Shown here: piece after piece, positions 39,201 to 47,599 of the stretch | Layout: each line of letters starts with the position of its first letter | Position numbering within the stretch: position 1 is the stretch's first letter | Virus record (IMG/VR): IMGVR_UViG_3300045988_087402 | Length of the DNA stretch: 64,000 bases | Strand: one strand, 5' to 3' | Origin: a virus | The notes under the pieces: generated by a model | Told to the model about the DNA's origin: nothing | The model's database searches: none | The model's input: only the letters and a program-made list of their open reading frames with translations | Translations under genes and position numbers: made by a program

Positions 39201-42200
39201 GCTTTTATAATGCAACCTGTAATTGTAGAATTAGTAAATTTTAAAAGTGGAGCTATAATTACAAATCCTAATTTTAGTATATTAGATGCTTGTAATACTC
39301 TTATAATAAAATATACGGATATTCTTAATTCTAAATATGAACAAAAAATTCCATATTATTATTATAAATATAAATTACATACTACTGAAGAATTAGTTAG
39401 ATTTATTAAGAATAGAAATAATGAATCTTTAAGTTATTATTTAGGTCAATTAGATGTTTTATATCTGTTTAGAGAATATGAGACTATATCTAATGATATA
39501 ATTGATTTATCATTTGTATTAAAAACCGATGTTCCAGTTAATGATTTTAATACAGCTGATGAACGTGAATCTAAACTCGCGGATTCTTATATAAATAGAG
39601 ATAAATATTTTAGTATATTAAGAGATGCGTATACAAAATCATTAAGTTATATAGATTCTATATCTGAAACAGAAGAATATTGGGATAATTATAAAGTTTT
39701 ATTTACAGATTTTAAATCTCTCTCTACAGGAGATTTTAAAATAAAATATCCTAATATTAGTTATAAAGATATAGAATTTATTACATTACCTAATTATTAT
39801 GAAGCTCTAAATGATTTTCCAAATCTTATCACATGGCAAGATAGAAAAAATAAGTTAGAACTTCTTAATATATCTTATAAACCAGTTGGTAATGTAACAG
39901 TAAATGGACAAGATATTATAAGTGTTGTATTTACAGGTTTAAATGAAAATTATAAATTTAATGGTATAATAAAGCCTAATTATAAAGATAGTCTTTATGG
40001 TATAATTCAAGTTAGAGAACAGTATGGACATTGGTTGTTTGCTAATTCTTTTAATAAAGTTTTCGCACAACGTTCTTTGGCTATGAGAAAAGCTGTTCGT
40101 ACTTTCTTACAGCAAAATGGAAAATCTTATAATAGAAAAGCTAATAATTATGTTACAGGAAAAGTATTAGAATATTATATACAATCTTACGGAGATGAAA
40201 CTGTACCTATAATGTCTAATATTCCTGCAAAACAAATTAAAACAATATTAGGTATAATATCTGATGAAGAGAGAGCTAAACATAATAAATATATAAGTGA
40301 GTTACAAAATAATTTAGGAGATGTTATAACTAACGACAAATTTTCTAAATGGGTTAGTTTAACATTAGAAGAACAAATTAATTTAATACTTAATGATAAA
40401 TCTCTTAAATCTTATATTAATAAAGCTGATTTTAGATTTTCTAATATATTTAATCATTTACAAATAGTAAGAGATAGTATAAGACGATATGGTTATTCTG
40501 TAATAAGAATTATAACAGACGATTCAAATAAACTTTCTATAGATGATGTTTCATCTGGTATATTAACTATGTATCAAAGTGATATACCTTATATAGCACA
40601 TACTATTAGAAATTTAATTGCTTATACTTATATAACAGAAGGTTTTACTTATGGTGCTAATATATCTAAATTTATACCTATAGAAATACTTACTTCTGAT
40701 TTAGTAAATGAAAGTTATCAAAAACGTATAACACAAATCGGTGTAATAGACCCTACTATAGGTATATCTGATTATGGACAAGCTCTTCGTACAGCTGAAA
40801 CAAAACTACTTAATGGTGAAACTTTTAATATAGAAGAATCACTTGATTATATAAGTAGACAAAATCCATCTATAAATGCTACTATACCAAGTTATAGAGA
40901 ACAACATAGAATTAATAATAGTACAATATATCAAGCAACATTTGGTCTTTTAGTTAATTCTGAAGGATATAATGTTGGTAAAATGCGAGTTACAGATGCT
41001 AATGGTATAGAACGTAATATAATATTTGAAACAAAAGAACGTGTTATAGCTTCTACTCGTTCTAATGCAAAATATCTTACAGAACGTTTAGATGGTAATG
41101 TAACTATTTATAAAAGAAGTGATTCATTTTTATATAATACAACAGATAATTCTAAAGAAGTTTATTATTATTATCCTGTTAGTAGACTTCTTCCTAATGA
41201 ATTTTCTGAATATAGTATCATAGATAAATATAATGTATCTGATAGAATACTTATTCAGGATGAAAACGGAACAATATCTACAATAGATGTTGATACATTT
41301 GTTAAAAGATATAGTACGTTAAAAGATTTCTTAATTACTTTAAATAAATTAGAATCTGAATATAAAAATAAAAGTAATAAAGATGCTCCAGCTAATTTTG
41401 AAAATAATTCTGATGAAGGAGTTATAATAAATGTTCCCTATGATTATGTAGAAGAAGTTTCTTATGAACCTGAAGAAATATCCGAAGATGTACCTATTGA
41501 ATCTAAAAGAAAATCACCTTTATATTCTTTAGGAATAACTTTTGAAGATACTGTTACTGAAAAAAGTAATAAATCTCTTATAGAAACTGTTAAAGATGAA
41601 GTTTCTAAAAATGATAATCTTATTTATATAGGACATGAATCAAATATTGTTAGTAGAATATATGATACGAATGGTAAATTTATTCATGTTGATTTTACTA
41701 AAAATCCTTATGATGAAGCCAATAGAATTTCTAAGTTGTTAAAAGAAGGTGATTATCTTATAGTAGGTGATAGATTTGAAGATGCTGGAATTACTACAGA
41801 AACAGGTTCTATATGGACAAAACTATTTATAGATAAACTTTATCAAAATAATGGTAATATAAATTCTATAAATACTATATTAAATGATGGTTTTGGATTT
41901 GCTGTATCTCAATCTTATGTAGATGTAAATAGACGCAATGTAACTTATTCAGAACCTAAGCAATTATTTAGTAAAACAATTAATATAAAAAAGCCTTCTA
42001 ATATAGGTATTGAAACTCGTACTAAAAAGAATAGTATAATAGCTCTTGATTATTATCAAAGTCTTGATAAATTAAAAAAGTTTTTAGAAAGAAATAATAT
42101 ACCTAATACAGCTGCTATATTAGATGCTTATAGTAATATAAATAAAGAAGATTACGATGGTTCATTAGAAAATGACATAAATGATGCTAATCAAAATGCT

Positions 42201-45200
42201 GTATTTTATGCTTTTGAAAGAATGATTCCTATAATGGAAAATCTTATGGATTCTATAAGACTTCTTTTAATGGAAGTTGAAAGTGTAAATACAGATACAA
42301 TTAGAAATGATTATGCAAAATGGCAAGATTATAAAGTAAAAGTAAATAGTCTTAGAATTTTAATTGATTATCTTAATAAGTTTAAAGATATTCAACCTAT
42401 AACTATAAACGATACTATTTATAACTCTGAATCTGAAGAGGATGTTGCATCATTTCATGAAGAATTTGATACAGCTAATAAAGCTATTGAACGATTATCT
42501 GAATTATATAATAAATCTATTAGTTTACAAAGTAGAGTATTAGATAAAGTTCAAGAAATTATAGTAGATTTAGTTATAACTCAAAGTCGTAATCCGAATT
42601 ATGCTACAGCTTTTTCTAAAGTATTAGAAGCTGCTCGAAAAAATGATTTTGATTCTTCTACTTTTGATATAGAAAATCTTAAAATAACAAGTGAAGAATA
42701 TAATGATATAGTAGCTAAAGTATTTGCTCTTAAAAATTCGGATATTACTTTTTGGCAAAGTAAATTAGATTCTCCTTTTGTAACAGGTGTAACACTTACT
42801 GACATAATAGGTAAACAATATACTACAATTAAGTACGAAAATAATAAAAGAATTAATAAATTATTAGATAAAGTAGAAGATGCTATAAAAGAATTAGAAA
42901 AAGCTGAAAACTTAAATCTTTCTACTTATGAAGCAAGAAATAAATATTTTCGTAAATTTGTTAATGATTATGGTACTTTTATAAATGATTATAATAAAGA
43001 TGCTGTAGATGAACAAGTTCAAGGATTAAAAGATTCTATACAAGATTTATATAATAGAAAATATTATGGTGCTACATATATTGATGAAAGACTTGTAGAT
43101 GATATTATAAAAGAAACTGATGATTATATTTTAGATTTTAATACAAATTCTGATGGAATATTAATCCCTCTAACAGATGAAGAAGTAGATTCTTTATTAA
43201 AAGAAATAGAAGGTAAGTCAGATGTTGTTATAAATAATTATCTAAAATATAATGGATACTATGAAATAAAAAGGATAACAAAAATAGGAGAAACTCCTGA
43301 AAAAGTATTTTATAAATTATCTTATAAAGATAGTGCGAAAAATGTTAAATATAGTGAATTGACAGAAGCTGAATTAAAGTTTTTAAATACTATTAAAACT
43401 ATTATTGGAAATGTTATTTTAGAATATAATCCGTCTTGGTTTATTTCTCCGGATGCTATAATAGATATATTTCCTTATTTAGCAAAACCGGATTCAAAAA
43501 ATTCACTTAAAAGATTTATAGGTGTTCCCGGAATTAAAAAAGATTCTACTTATGAAGGACTTGATAGAAAAAATAAATATATACTTAAAGCAAGTACCTT
43601 AAGTATACCTAATTTCAATCCTGTTTTTAATATTCCTAAAAGAAGAGTAGGAGAAGTTTATGATGATTATGCTGAAAGAGTAGCAAGAGAATTTAATGAA
43701 TGGTATAGAAAAAATCCGGATGCAATAGAGCCAAAAACTCAATTAAAATCTATTGCAGATATTAGAGATTATAATAGTTATGTTAGAAAGTTAAATCATA
43801 CAGAAGCTATTGATAAAAGAACTTATGATATAAAAGCTGTAATGGAATCTTTTATAAAAGAGCTTTATAATATCAAAATTGTTAATGATTTTATTATAGA
43901 TTGGGAACTCGGTAAATTTGCATTAGATAGTGCAGCTGGTGAAGCTAAAATAGATAATTTGTCAGCTATATTTGAATCTATGCGAAAACGAGTTTATAAT
44001 ACAAGCAAAGTTAATAATACAGTAGATGTTATAGCTAAAGGTATAATGCGATATTCATCTATTAATTATATGTGGTTTAACTGGAGTGCTGGATTAAAGA
44101 ACTTAGCAAAAGGTATATCAGATATGATAATTGATACTTCATCTATTAATTATCTTACAAGTAAACAACTTATGCAAGGTCTTTTAGATATAATTAAAAT
44201 AACTCCTGAATGGATAGCTGAAATAAATAAAGAAAAAACTAAGAATCCAATTATAGCTTTAATTAAAGATTTTGAAGTTATATTTCAAGATACACGAGAT
44301 ATAAATGTTAGTATGACAGGAGAGAACTGGTTAACTAAAGTTTTAACTGCTGCTGATACAGCCGGTTATAGTCCTAACCAAATAGGTGAGTTTTTTATGC
44401 AATTTGGTATGCTATTAGGTATGTCTCGTTCTCACAGAGTTATAGCTGGTCAGATAATGTCATTTCAAGACTTTTATAATGATTCTAAAATAGAAGAATT
44501 ATCTAAAGTATTAACTGATGAACAAAAAGAAGAATTTGCTAAATTTGTAAAAGCTAAAAATGATTATATAATAAAATATGAAAATGAAAATAAAAAGAAA
44601 TATCTTTGGCAAAGTGATTATGCAGGTGAATTTATAAGGGCTAATATAGATAAATTTACAAAAGAACAACGAATTGAATTAAATAAATTAATTAAAGATA
44701 ATAGAAAAGTTCTAAAAGAAAGATTTGAAAGATTTCCAACATTGGATTCTCAATTAACTGTTGTAGATGGTAGATTAGCTTATAAAGAAGGAAGTCAATT
44801 AACAGATAAATCTGTAAATGATTTTAAAAATAGAGTTAAAGGCGTAAATCAAGCTCTACATGGTATTTACAATATAATTGATAAAAATGCTTTACAAGAA
44901 AGTGCATTTGGAGATTTATTCATGCAATTTAGAAAATGGATTCGTCCTAACTTTATAAGATATTGTGGACGTCGTTTTAATAAAACTATATTTAATGAAA
45001 TGTTAGGTACATGGGAAGTACCTGTATATAAACCGAGTTTTGATTGGGCTACTTATGGTTATAAAATGTTTAAACAAGATAGTGATATTGTTAAGCTAAA
45101 TATATTTAAAGACCCACGTGCATTCTTTAAAGGTTTATTTGAGATGTTTAATTATCAATATAAACTTCTTAGACATGCTAAATTATATTATAATTCTCTT

Positions 45201-45653
45201 ACTAAAGGTGAACAAGCAAGTATTATTAAATGGGCTAAACATTTATCTACTATAGCTATTATTGCAGTAGCTGCAATGATGTTAGGTAAATTAAAAGATG
45301 ATGATGAACCTTATTATTATACTGTAACAATGTATACACTTACAGCTTTATATAAAGAAGTTGTTGAACCTGTGCCTCTTTATGGTTGGTATAGTACAAT
45401 AAATCAAATGAAAGATAAACTCTTTGTTGGAGAAACTGTTATAACTAATGCTATGAATATTGTTAAATATGCTATGGCAGATGTATTTACAGATGATGAA
45501 TCTTTAGTTTATGACAGAGGTGTTTATAAAGGTCAGACAAAATTATCTGTTTCAGTTAAGAAGTTAATACCTATATTAACTCAAATAGAAAAGAGTAAGA
45601 ATCTTAAAGCTACAATGAATTGGTATAAATGGTATAATCCTTTTAATTTATAA
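33249..45653 (+). CDS. giant protein containing a crAss-type virion RNA polymerase module (DPBB catalytic motif DFDID)
   Basis: 4134 aa. ...TRTGWDFDIDTIY... at nt 37683-37706 matches the DxDxD metal-binding loop of the two-barrel RNAP (phi14:2 gp66-like). Size consistent with fused cargo proteins in some crAss-like lineages. Confidence 0.5.
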   Translation: MNYCNIIPTIGESNTPSHVFTSVLNLGNIISTEDILSMDIKAKSIRDLATLIFKYSQSANIINKGFPTYEDTGEVKLEYTLKYIIDNPNISNSSAKRIYQKMLDYLKVDIETLYNPTIKYNGTFSRTDLNYSNAVLVQIYNELIEEIPNLRTKSQITLKKLILNRLLEKMAPYRANDNTWEQFVNDYFEDVLKVDSIIWNEFITYLSTEYGIKYYNVQKDLTLSDIEGTFTTDGVEEIWDASSQDKINRKNTIAAIVKNKLAKILNDVNHGDSTVNKLYIPLPMDINSLWNRLINLHIYDKTRGDIVASLERVILQFNDTEKFTDKSNIIGFQKILDEFHKADEGIVDSQNFVNAYISGVALAVIPVNAIALDVDFVASIMTQNRASFAFNVYYDRFISVIQNNLKFGLYDPFNEASERATVITDNGILNIDKTLDSITNAINVIGLDISHRALLSYINSQSDKQGALQEVSNTLNYILKEIDTLKGNRDINYESSTDNRGALYRLANIASLDFDSIGKLSYLDVRGELNYSPQYENLLTSLFRGIAVRGKVREDYLNYRFKDYLNDPTLKFDNLLWYDDATGIGIFEHTKRVDGEGYKLNDSFVDRLAKGEEFIISKFDGIRISEDYSSRGYKYKSIQSTTYKFTEILANLMGQYIFLTSDSPRSYMISVRHIDIDDLYVNEVINIKSKIFTALSKIVDNNLRIFELYGSRVFNIDLNTDEGKDLATSIHNVKYWNGKTIFDKDGIPTGRAFKFLDLTYNDGNGSVNIIKYIANENGVSESDVYKELVKSVVNGVISKYDVSSYIPAFVTKYIQYAENSAESDFGDIAELVSRVSIKLGDTRLSLIEDSRNDAIDELYNDYIEDYKNRHKQEPSFKQKEVLYERSKREVYDTNTEIGKEVYKKAILKIILNNAVYGTSFDGLVYGKLSEYKSTIDYNKRGTQIVKTGLNSIDTGKPIKILVVEDMEFASNIIDKMFVDSTDVTELAIKKSYEKPATINDSMSIITDVRFEDLLKSTGRWDEYKKIVADLRDETEKFNPFLYDKLIEQLKLFGVARRRRGDFLIKDTAVYDDSGNILSDIFADEVDTVQIKDSTIVLFKSTTRGTAMGDVYDYMIDNDIQQISPKSAVKVSGITPIKIHDDKGRFVAPIVDSRSLLNMKSSDFVIQQDVKPDIIDAEVTVPSRLFKNILGTLSASHYTVDGKSYTPYEFAKEFNTIVSSTIQEDAISVAYELGAIDETGNIRTDNVGNIQLDTRKLTKYFQDVVQDDNSSINIKKALELDSVGQPKMPLSFPVTYRKFERILASKFTKDVIYRKLPGFHAPLRADIFTASNSLISREQYLDKDSYDKAIEDLYERGIITYSRDFIDRCKAEGRSLELRAEYGYDENGELIYKAEVIANPWLKEFFDTIPIIRRVDMGDGVYKEFLSVDIDAIPIEARTMFGGRIPSEGLMSLVVFEIVGFLNTGATQAIFPQSLITRTGWDFDIDTIYAYAKHINFNGESYTIPKYDSKMISEINENLSKYYALKDILKESLEIIKVTKSDTDTSLNSPAFKILTKYFIKLYSSDSNTDVSLDSIIPTLDSILATISNKESIEYKNILRIKTYVQESIPSIVSRVKVNFTNLINTAREYTEAIEYLKYIKQRDLTQEERIDLNPGIDNNYVQNKRRMFNELLLSIERDIKTTNKIFNKIKTLINSIDITSKDSDNIISINDYYTVKDFFEPFIKGSIKNDSGKVINIFSIFDNIEEKINRQYTGLKESKGYDFEDISESVTISRQARDNRIIDMVISVLSNKNHRIDIDKPNSFDNISAVSARDNALWGKSNNGLNPHNLADKISLNISSMSSTILKGYSINTDGNIAILGNLHAKLNNPVRRIISIDSLPNNVTKEVLDSVLGSDNWSYTEDGRYVIVEDVWVGNNASNTFTDLSGERINMQLTEVTAAILDVLKSELMFNLNLDTIGVFRLLSQGCVTELYNGKPNRFSYASAFIMQPVIVELVNFKSGAIITNPNFSILDACNTLIIKYTDILNSKYEQKIPYYYYKYKLHTTEELVRFIKNRNNESLSYYLGQLDVLYLFREYETISNDIIDLSFVLKTDVPVNDFNTADERESKLADSYINRDKYFSILRDAYTKSLSYIDSISETEEYWDNYKVLFTDFKSLSTGDFKIKYPNISYKDIEFITLPNYYEALNDFPNLITWQDRKNKLELLNISYKPVGNVTVNGQDIISVVFTGLNENYKFNGIIKPNYKDSLYGIIQVREQYGHWLFANSFNKVFAQRSLAMRKAVRTFLQQNGKSYNRKANNYVTGKVLEYYIQSYGDETVPIMSNIPAKQIKTILGIISDEERAKHNKYISELQNNLGDVITNDKFSKWVSLTLEEQINLILNDKSLKSYINKADFRFSNIFNHLQIVRDSIRRYGYSVIRIITDDSNKLSIDDVSSGILTMYQSDIPYIAHTIRNLIAYTYITEGFTYGANISKFIPIEILTSDLVNESYQKRITQIGVIDPTIGISDYGQALRTAETKLLNGETFNIEESLDYISRQNPSINATIPSYREQHRINNSTIYQATFGLLVNSEGYNVGKMRVTDANGIERNIIFETKERVIASTRSNAKYLTERLDGNVTIYKRSDSFLYNTTDNSKEVYYYYPVSRLLPNEFSEYSIIDKYNVSDRILIQDENGTISTIDVDTFVKRYSTLKDFLITLNKLESEYKNKSNKDAPANFENNSDEGVIINVPYDYVEEVSYEPEEISEDVPIESKRKSPLYSLGITFEDTVTEKSNKSLIETVKDEVSKNDNLIYIGHESNIVSRIYDTNGKFIHVDFTKNPYDEANRISKLLKEGDYLIVGDRFEDAGITTETGSIWTKLFIDKLYQNNGNINSINTILNDGFGFAVSQSYVDVNRRNVTYSEPKQLFSKTINIKKPSNIGIETRTKKNSIIALDYYQSLDKLKKFLERNNIPNTAAILDAYSNINKEDYDGSLENDINDANQNAVFYAFERMIPIMENLMDSIRLLLMEVESVNTDTIRNDYAKWQDYKVKVNSLRILIDYLNKFKDIQPITINDTIYNSESEEDVASFHEEFDTANKAIERLSELYNKSISLQSRVLDKVQEIIVDLVITQSRNPNYATAFSKVLEAARKNDFDSSTFDIENLKITSEEYNDIVAKVFALKNSDITFWQSKLDSPFVTGVTLTDIIGKQYTTIKYENNKRINKLLDKVEDAIKELEKAENLNLSTYEARNKYFRKFVNDYGTFINDYNKDAVDEQVQGLKDSIQDLYNRKYYGATYIDERLVDDIIKETDDYILDFNTNSDGILIPLTDEEVDSLLKEIEGKSDVVINNYLKYNGYYEIKRITKIGETPEKVFYKLSYKDSAKNVKYSELTEAELKFLNTIKTIIGNVILEYNPSWFISPDAIIDIFPYLAKPDSKNSLKRFIGVPGIKKDSTYEGLDRKNKYILKASTLSIPNFNPVFNIPKRRVGEVYDDYAERVAREFNEWYRKNPDAIEPKTQLKSIADIRDYNSYVRKLNHTEAIDKRTYDIKAVMESFIKELYNIKIVNDFIIDWELGKFALDSAAGEAKIDNLSAIFESMRKRVYNTSKVNNTVDVIAKGIMRYSSINYMWFNWSAGLKNLAKGISDMIIDTSSINYLTSKQLMQGLLDIIKITPEWIAEINKEKTKNPIIALIKDFEVIFQDTRDINVSMTGENWLTKVLTAADTAGYSPNQIGEFFMQFGMLLGMSRSHRVIAGQIMSFQDFYNDSKIEELSKVLTDEQKEEFAKFVKAKNDYIIKYENENKKKYLWQSDYAGEFIRANIDKFTKEQRIELNKLIKDNRKVLKERFERFPTLDSQLTVVDGRLAYKEGSQLTDKSVNDFKNRVKGVNQALHGIYNIIDKNALQESAFGDLFMQFRKWIRPNFIRYCGRRFNKTIFNEMLGTWEVPVYKPSFDWATYGYKMFKQDSDIVKLNIFKDPRAFFKGLFEMFNYQYKLLRHAKLYYNSLTKGEQASIIKWAKHLSTIAIIAVAAMMLGKLKDDDEPYYYTVTMYTLTALYKEVVEPVPLYGWYSTINQMKDKLFVGETVITNAMNIVKYAMADVFTDDESLVYDRGVYKGQTKLSVSVKKLIPILTQIEKSKNLKATMNWYKWYNPFNL

Positions 45654-45716
45654 AATTCTACTAATGATATAAATAATATTATACTTATAGATGCACCAAG
45701 TGCAAAAAAGGGGAAT

Positions 45717-45746
45717 AAAGGAGTTAGTACATTTGCTAACTCCTTT
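45717..45746 (+). terminator. stem-loop aaaggagttag / ctaactccttt (11-bp perfect stem, 8-nt loop) then attattat
   Basis: Read directly, ~64 nt after the stop of the 4134-aa ORF. Confidence 0.55.
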
Positions 45747-45798
45747 ATTATTATAAAAGCCATTTTACGGCCGACTTTAATAATGATTTTAAGCTATT

Positions 45799-45833
45799 AA
45801 ATTTCGATTATTTTTCAATGGACATACATTTGT
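45799..45833 (+). promoter_or_regulatory. second copy of aaatttcgattatttttc + TAcaTTTG (-7-like box)
   Basis: 18/18 identity with 2384-2401. The TAnnTTTG box (tacatttg) lies ~20 nt downstream. Points into the inter-module region. Confidence 0.3.
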
Positions 45834-45874
45834 TCAGCCGAATAAAAATAATAGAAATTTACAATGTTTATGGC

Positions 45875-46207
45875 TCAAATAGAGGCATTATAAAAAGGTA
45901 TGTATACACGCTCTTTTATCAAGTAATAAAGATTTCCAAAAGTAAAAGAACTATGAATATTTTTCTCACTAAGTGTAACATTAAAAGTCTTTGCTACATC
46001 ACATTTAAATTTATAAATATCATCATAATTAATAAAACCTTGTAATACAACTTGTATAGGTTCTTCAAAATCAATTATAATATCATTAACATTTGCATCT
46101 TTTATATAATCTTTTAATATATGTTTTACAACAATTTCAAATCGTTTTCGATTTAAAGTTTCATTTGTAGTATTTATATCAGTATTTAAATCAGCATTTA
46201 ATGTCAT
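45875..46207 (-). CDS. small hypothetical protein
   Basis: 110-aa ORF with non-degenerate composition, first gene of the minus block after the convergence hairpin. Weak. Confidence 0.25.
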   Translation of the reverse strand: MTLNADLNTDINTTNETLNRKRFEIVVKHILKDYIKDANVNDIIIDFEEPIQVVLQGFINYDDIYKFKCDVAKTFNVTLSEKNIHSSFTFGNLYYLIKERVYIPFYNASI

Positions 46208-46242
46208 ATTAATTTCGTTAGAATTTATAATAATTATAAAAT

Positions 46243-46277
46243 AAATTTCGGAACACCTCTCGCCCTTGTGGCCATTA
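46243..46277 (+). repeat. GC-rich element copy B (aaatttcggaacacctctcgcccttgtggccatta), forward
   Basis: Left arm of a convergent inverted pair with copy C. Confidence 0.85.
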
Positions 46278-46334
46278 TACTGTGTATAATACTATGTAAC
46301 ACTATAAGTTTAATAGTTACATCCGAATTAAATA

Positions 46335-46390
46335 CAGTATTAAATACAATATTAAATTCAGTATTAAATACAATATTAAATTCAGTTGTT
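46335..46390 (+). repeat. 24-bp tandem repeat cagtattaaatacaatattaaatt x2 (+ partial) between copies B and C
   Basis: Read directly. Confidence 0.9.
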
Positions 46391-46429
46391 ACTTTATTAT
46401 ATTAAGTGCTAACTATAGAGACATTTGTT

Positions 46430-46466
46430 TAATGGCCACAAGGGCGAGAGGGTGTTCCGAAATTCG
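46430..46466 (+). repeat. GC-rich element copy C (reverse orientation: taatggccacaagggcgagagggtgttccgaaattcg)
   Basis: Reverse complement matches copy B except for one extra c. Confidence 0.85.
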
Positions 46467-46554
46467 TATTGAATTTATTATCTTTTCTTTCGTTACTATT
46501 TATAATAATAGGGATAACTATTTCACAATAATTATCCCTATCTTTATTTAAATA

Positions 46555-47271
46555 TTATTTTCCGGTACTTCCGAATCCACCATTTCCTCTATCAGTTTTA
46601 GTTAATTCTTCAATGCTTTTAACTTTTTTAAATTCGCATTGTTCTACTTTGGCAAATACACCTTGTGCTAACCTTTCATTTGGAAATATTATATAACTAT
46701 TAGGAGAAGGATTATTTATAATAATTCCTATATTACCACGATAATCACTATCAATAGTACCAAAATGGGCTATCATATTAGTTTTAGCTCCAATACCACT
46801 ACGAGGTCTTATCTGAATTTCATATCCATCAGGAATTTGAACAAAGCATCCAGTATTAATTATATTATGTGAAAATGGTAATATTATATTAGCTACTTCT
46901 ATATTGTTGTCATCCATATAATCATATAGAGTACCATACTTTATACCACCATTTTTTTCAGCTGTTTTGTTAATTTCAGATAATTTATTATTAATAGCTT
47001 TTTGTATAGATTTTATATAATTAATACTACTTATAATTGAATAAGAAATATCATTATCTATAAAAGGTATTAATTCTTCTATAAATTCTTTAGCAATATA
47101 TTCTTCAGTACCGTCAAATGCATCTATCTTTTTTATATCATTAGGAGTAAAAACTTGACAATTATTTGATGAACTAATAGTAGTAAACAAATCAAAACCA
47201 GAAGCACCCGAAGTTTTATATTCGGGTACTTTTCCAGTTTCAGAATAGATTTTTATAATCTGTTTTTCCAT
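46555..47271 (-). CDS. dut: dUTPase with ~80-aa insertion between motifs I and II
   Basis: Motif I SGASGFDL, motif II RPRSGIG, motif III GTIDSDYRGNIGI, motif IV ERLAQG, motif V RGNGGFGSTGK. 238 aa against a ~150-aa core. Confidence 0.8.
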   Translation of the reverse strand: MEKQIIKIYSETGKVPEYKTSGASGFDLFTTISSSNNCQVFTPNDIKKIDAFDGTEEYIAKEFIEELIPFIDNDISYSIISSINYIKSIQKAINNKLSEINKTAEKNGGIKYGTLYDYMDDNNIEVANIILPFSHNIINTGCFVQIPDGYEIQIRPRSGIGAKTNMIAHFGTIDSDYRGNIGIIINNPSPNSYIIFPNERLAQGVFAKVEQCEFKKVKSIEELTKTDRGNGGFGSTGK

Positions 47272-47296
47272 AGTTTTTAAAATTTTAATTGTTATT

Positions 47297-47596
47297 TTAA
47301 TCTACGCTATTTGGTATAGCATTTGTATTATTTATAAATTCAGATAATCGTATTACATGTTTATAAGGAATTTCTATATTTATTTCTGTATTAGAAATTA
47401 CAAAATAGAATTTAGGATTCCTTGTAAATCTAAGATTAGGTTCAATACTCGAAGGACTATAATTAATACAAGTATCTACATTTTTAAGTATTTGATGAAT
47501 AAGTGTAATATCTCCACTCAATTCTCTAACTTTACAATTATCCAAATCATAACAATCAATATATCCGTCACTACATATATTAACTCTATTTATCAT
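47297..47596 (-). CDS. hypothetical protein
   Basis: 99-aa ORF. Confidence 0.3.
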   Translation of the reverse strand: MINRVNICSDGYIDCYDLDNCKVRELSGDITLIHQILKNVDTCINYSPSSIEPNLRFTRNPKFYFVISNTEINIEIPYKHVIRLSEFINNTNAIPNSVD

Positions 47597-47599
47597 ACT

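Noticed and set aside
45818-46045. 75-aa plus-strand ORF in the inter-module gap
   Set aside because: It overlaps the antisense of the more plausible 45875-46207 minus ORF and is low-complexity. It may be transcribed (promoter-like motif upstream) but is unlikely to be translated.
46335-46390. Possible CRISPR array (tandem repeats here, at 33009-33056 and at 63944-64000)
   Set aside because: The repeats are directly adjacent with no unique spacers, the units are only 12-24 bp, and there are no cas genes. These are simple tandem duplications.
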